From NCBI GenBank assembly GCA_963702435.1, contig CAVPCR010000001.1:672001-736000 (forward strand): DNA of 64,000 bases. The letters run 5' to 3'. Under the pieces are notes generated by a model. That model worked only from the letters and a program-made list of their open reading frames with translations. It had not been told where the DNA came from and ran no database searches. Of the stretch, positions 62,100 to 64,000 are shown piece by piece. Source of the DNA: Candidatus Eiseniibacteriota bacterium (GTDB taxonomy: Bacteria; Eisenbacteria; RBG-16-71-46; CAVPCR01). The position numbers and the translations under genes were made by a program. Position 1 is the stretch's first letter; each line of letters begins with the position of its first letter.

Positions 62100-63263
62100 A
62101 TGCCGGTGCCCAACTCACCGTCCCGGCGGCGCAGCGCCCTCCTCCTCGCGCTCGCGGCCGCCTGCGTCGCGGTCCTCGTGGTGGTCTTCGTCGCGGTTCT
62201 CGCCGCGGTCGTCCGCGAGCGGTCCGCCTCGCCTCGGCTCCCCGCACCGCGGAACGGCAACGCGGTCGCGTCCGGCCGCGCCGCCCCTTCGCTCCCGGGC
62301 GGGCGCTTCCATCACGGCATGGTGCTCGAGACCCACGTCGGCGAGCACGATCACCCGGCCGGGCCGCGCACCTTGCGCACGCTCGCCGCGCTCGGCGTCG
62401 ACGCCGTCGAGGTCGTGCCCTTCGCCTACCAGCCGGACATCGAGCAGCCGGAGCTTCGCTTCCGCGACCTGACCGACCGCCAGGTCGTCTTCATCCACGA
62501 GGCGCACGCGCAAGGCATGGCGGTCCTCTTGAAGCCCCACATCTGGAGCCGCCAGTTCTGGGGACCGGAGGCCCGCTGGCACGGGGACCTCCGCATGCAG
62601 TCGGAGGCCGACTGGCAGAGATGGTTCGCTGCCTATCGCCGCTACATCCTCCACTACGCGCGGATCGCCGAGAACACCGGCTGCGAGGGATTCTCGATCG
62701 GGCTCGAGTACGTGCAGGCGACGCGCGAGCGGCCCGCCGACTGGCGCGCGCTGGCGACTGCGGTGCGGGCGGTCTATCACGGGCCGATCACCTACGGCGC
62801 CAATCTTCACGACGAGGCGGAAGAAATCACGTTCTGGGACGAGCTCGACTGGATCGGCGTCAACGTCTACCCGCAGCTCGCCGCGGCGCCCGGGGCCGAC
62901 GTGGATGCGCTCGTCCGCGGCTACGCGCCGACCGTCGACCTCCTGGCGCGGCTCGCGGCCCGCTACCGGCGCCCGGTCCTCATCACCGAGATCGGCTTCC
63001 CGTCGGTGCACGGCGCGGCGATCAAGCCGTGGGAATGGCCGGACGACGGCGATCAGATCGACCTCGCCGAGCAGGAGCGCGCGTACGAGGCGACCTTCCG
63101 CGCGCTCTACGACCAGCCGTGGCTCGCGGGCCTCTACTTCTGGAAGTGGCCCATCGACGGGGAGGGCGGTGGCCCGGACGATCCCGAGTACACGCCGCTC
63201 GGGAAGCCCGCGGCCGAGGTGCTCGCGCGGTACTACAGGCAGAGCAAGAGAAGTCCGGGCTAG
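62100..63263 (+). CDS. GH113-like (beta-mannanase-type TIM barrel) glycoside hydrolase, N-terminal TM anchor
   Basis: LKPHIW, WFAAYRRYILHYA, SIGLEY, ITYGAN, FWDELDWIG, ITEIGFPS, GLYFWKW, YTPLGKPA. Confidence 0.82.
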   Translation: MPVPNSPSRRRSALLLALAAACVAVLVVVFVAVLAAVVRERSASPRLPAPRNGNAVASGRAAPSLPGGRFHHGMVLETHVGEHDHPAGPRTLRTLAALGVDAVEVVPFAYQPDIEQPELRFRDLTDRQVVFIHEAHAQGMAVLLKPHIWSRQFWGPEARWHGDLRMQSEADWQRWFAAYRRYILHYARIAENTGCEGFSIGLEYVQATRERPADWRALATAVRAVYHGPITYGANLHDEAEEITFWDELDWIGVNVYPQLAAAPGADVDALVRGYAPTVDLLARLAARYRRPVLITEIGFPSVHGAAIKPWEWPDDGDQIDLAEQERAYEATFRALYDQPWLAGLYFWKWPIDGEGGGPDDPEYTPLGKPAAEVLARYYRQSKRSPG

Positions 63264-63304
63264 ATGCGGCCGCCGCGGACGCTGCTGGGAGTCGGGGCCT
63301 GACG

Positions 63305-63850
63305 CTACGGCGTGAGCCGCGCGTAGCGAAGCGGCTCCACGGCGCCCTTCGTGTACACGCGGAGAGTCCGGCCCTCGATCTCGATGCGCTCGGCCGCCTG
63401 GAGCGTCGCGAGGTAGCGCTGCTCCTGCTCGCCGACCGCCGGGACGCACGCCTTCCGTGTCGTGGCGAGCGCTCCGACGCTGAACGTGGCGCTGCCGACG
63501 CCGCCGACGCCACCGGCGCCGCTCTCGCCGCCGGAACCGCCCTCACCGCCCGTGACGGCGATGTCGCCGAGCGTGCACGGCCCGTTGAAGCGATTGCACG
63601 ACCCGCTGCCCGCAACGAGGCCGGGCTCAGGAAACGCAAGTGTCGCTTGCACGTTGTCGAGAACACGACCGCCCGGCATGTCATCGAGAAGCCACTCGCT
63701 GCCGATGAGGTCCATGGTCGCTTCGCTCGCGGCTCCGGTCGAGGCGCCCTCGGGGGTCGGCTCGGCGCCCGGGGTCTTCTGCGTCGCATCGCCGCCGCAT
63801 CCGGTGGCGAGCAGGATGAGCATGGCGTGGAGCGCGAACGTTCGGGTCAT
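63305..63850 (-). CDS. META domain (HslJ-like) lipoprotein
   Basis: LATGC lipobox; LIGSEWLL, GSGSCNRFNG, ATTRKAC, EQRYLATL. Confidence 0.85.
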   Translation of the reverse strand: MTRTFALHAMLILLATGCGGDATQKTPGAEPTPEGASTGAASEATMDLIGSEWLLDDMPGGRVLDNVQATLAFPEPGLVAGSGSCNRFNGPCTLGDIAVTGGEGGSGGESGAGGVGGVGSATFSVGALATTRKACVPAVGEQEQRYLATLQAAERIEIEGRTLRVYTKGAVEPLRYARLTP

Positions 63851-64000
63851 GGATGGCTCCTCCCTGGGTCGCCGGTCGCGTGCACTCGGCCCCCAAAACG
63901 GGAAGGTAGTACCCCGGATGCCACGAGGCAAGCGGGACGGATGTGCCGACGCGCTTGACCCGGCAGCGCTGCAGAGTCTACGATGCGCCGACAGCATGGC

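Overview
A 64 kb window of very GC-rich bacterial chromosome. It contains no recognisable rRNA, tRNA, CRISPR array, integrase or transposase. Several secreted proteins end in a FlgD-Ig/T9SS-like C-terminal domain and one ends in a 'TWGAIKATYR' tail; this suggests (inference) an FCB-group candidate phylum such as Ca. Eisenbacteria or Krumholzibacteriota. Main blocks: (i) partial yggX, a NupC transporter, an FG-GAP secreted protein and a VOC protein; (ii) a roughly 13 kb segment bracketed by two oppositely oriented pairs of a REP-like repeat, carrying UPF0016, a TolC-MFP-RND pump with P-II-like and YgaP/DUF2892 partners, an Fe-S membrane protein with two degenerate HMA-like proteins, DUF3597 and GH13; (iii) a complete hdrC-hdrB-hdrA-mvhD-mvhG-mvhA cluster (heterodisulfide reductase plus group 3c [NiFe]-hydrogenase); (iv) three lipoproteins around gltX built from shuffled, mutually homologous jelly-roll/polysaccharide-lyase-like modules (X+Y, X+polyPro+Z, (PD)n+polyPro+Z), with a near-identical ~740 bp duplication and possibly related long leaders, which is the most unusual feature; (v) housekeeping and envelope genes (blc, erpA, CarD-like, epimerase, acyltransferase, O-antigen-ligase-like, fabI, MFS, AlkA-like, pruA, thiO-like, DMT, TetR/cupin, GH113, META). 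Two genes carry single-base frameshifts in homopolymers. All family calls come from motif recognition by eye, not database searches.
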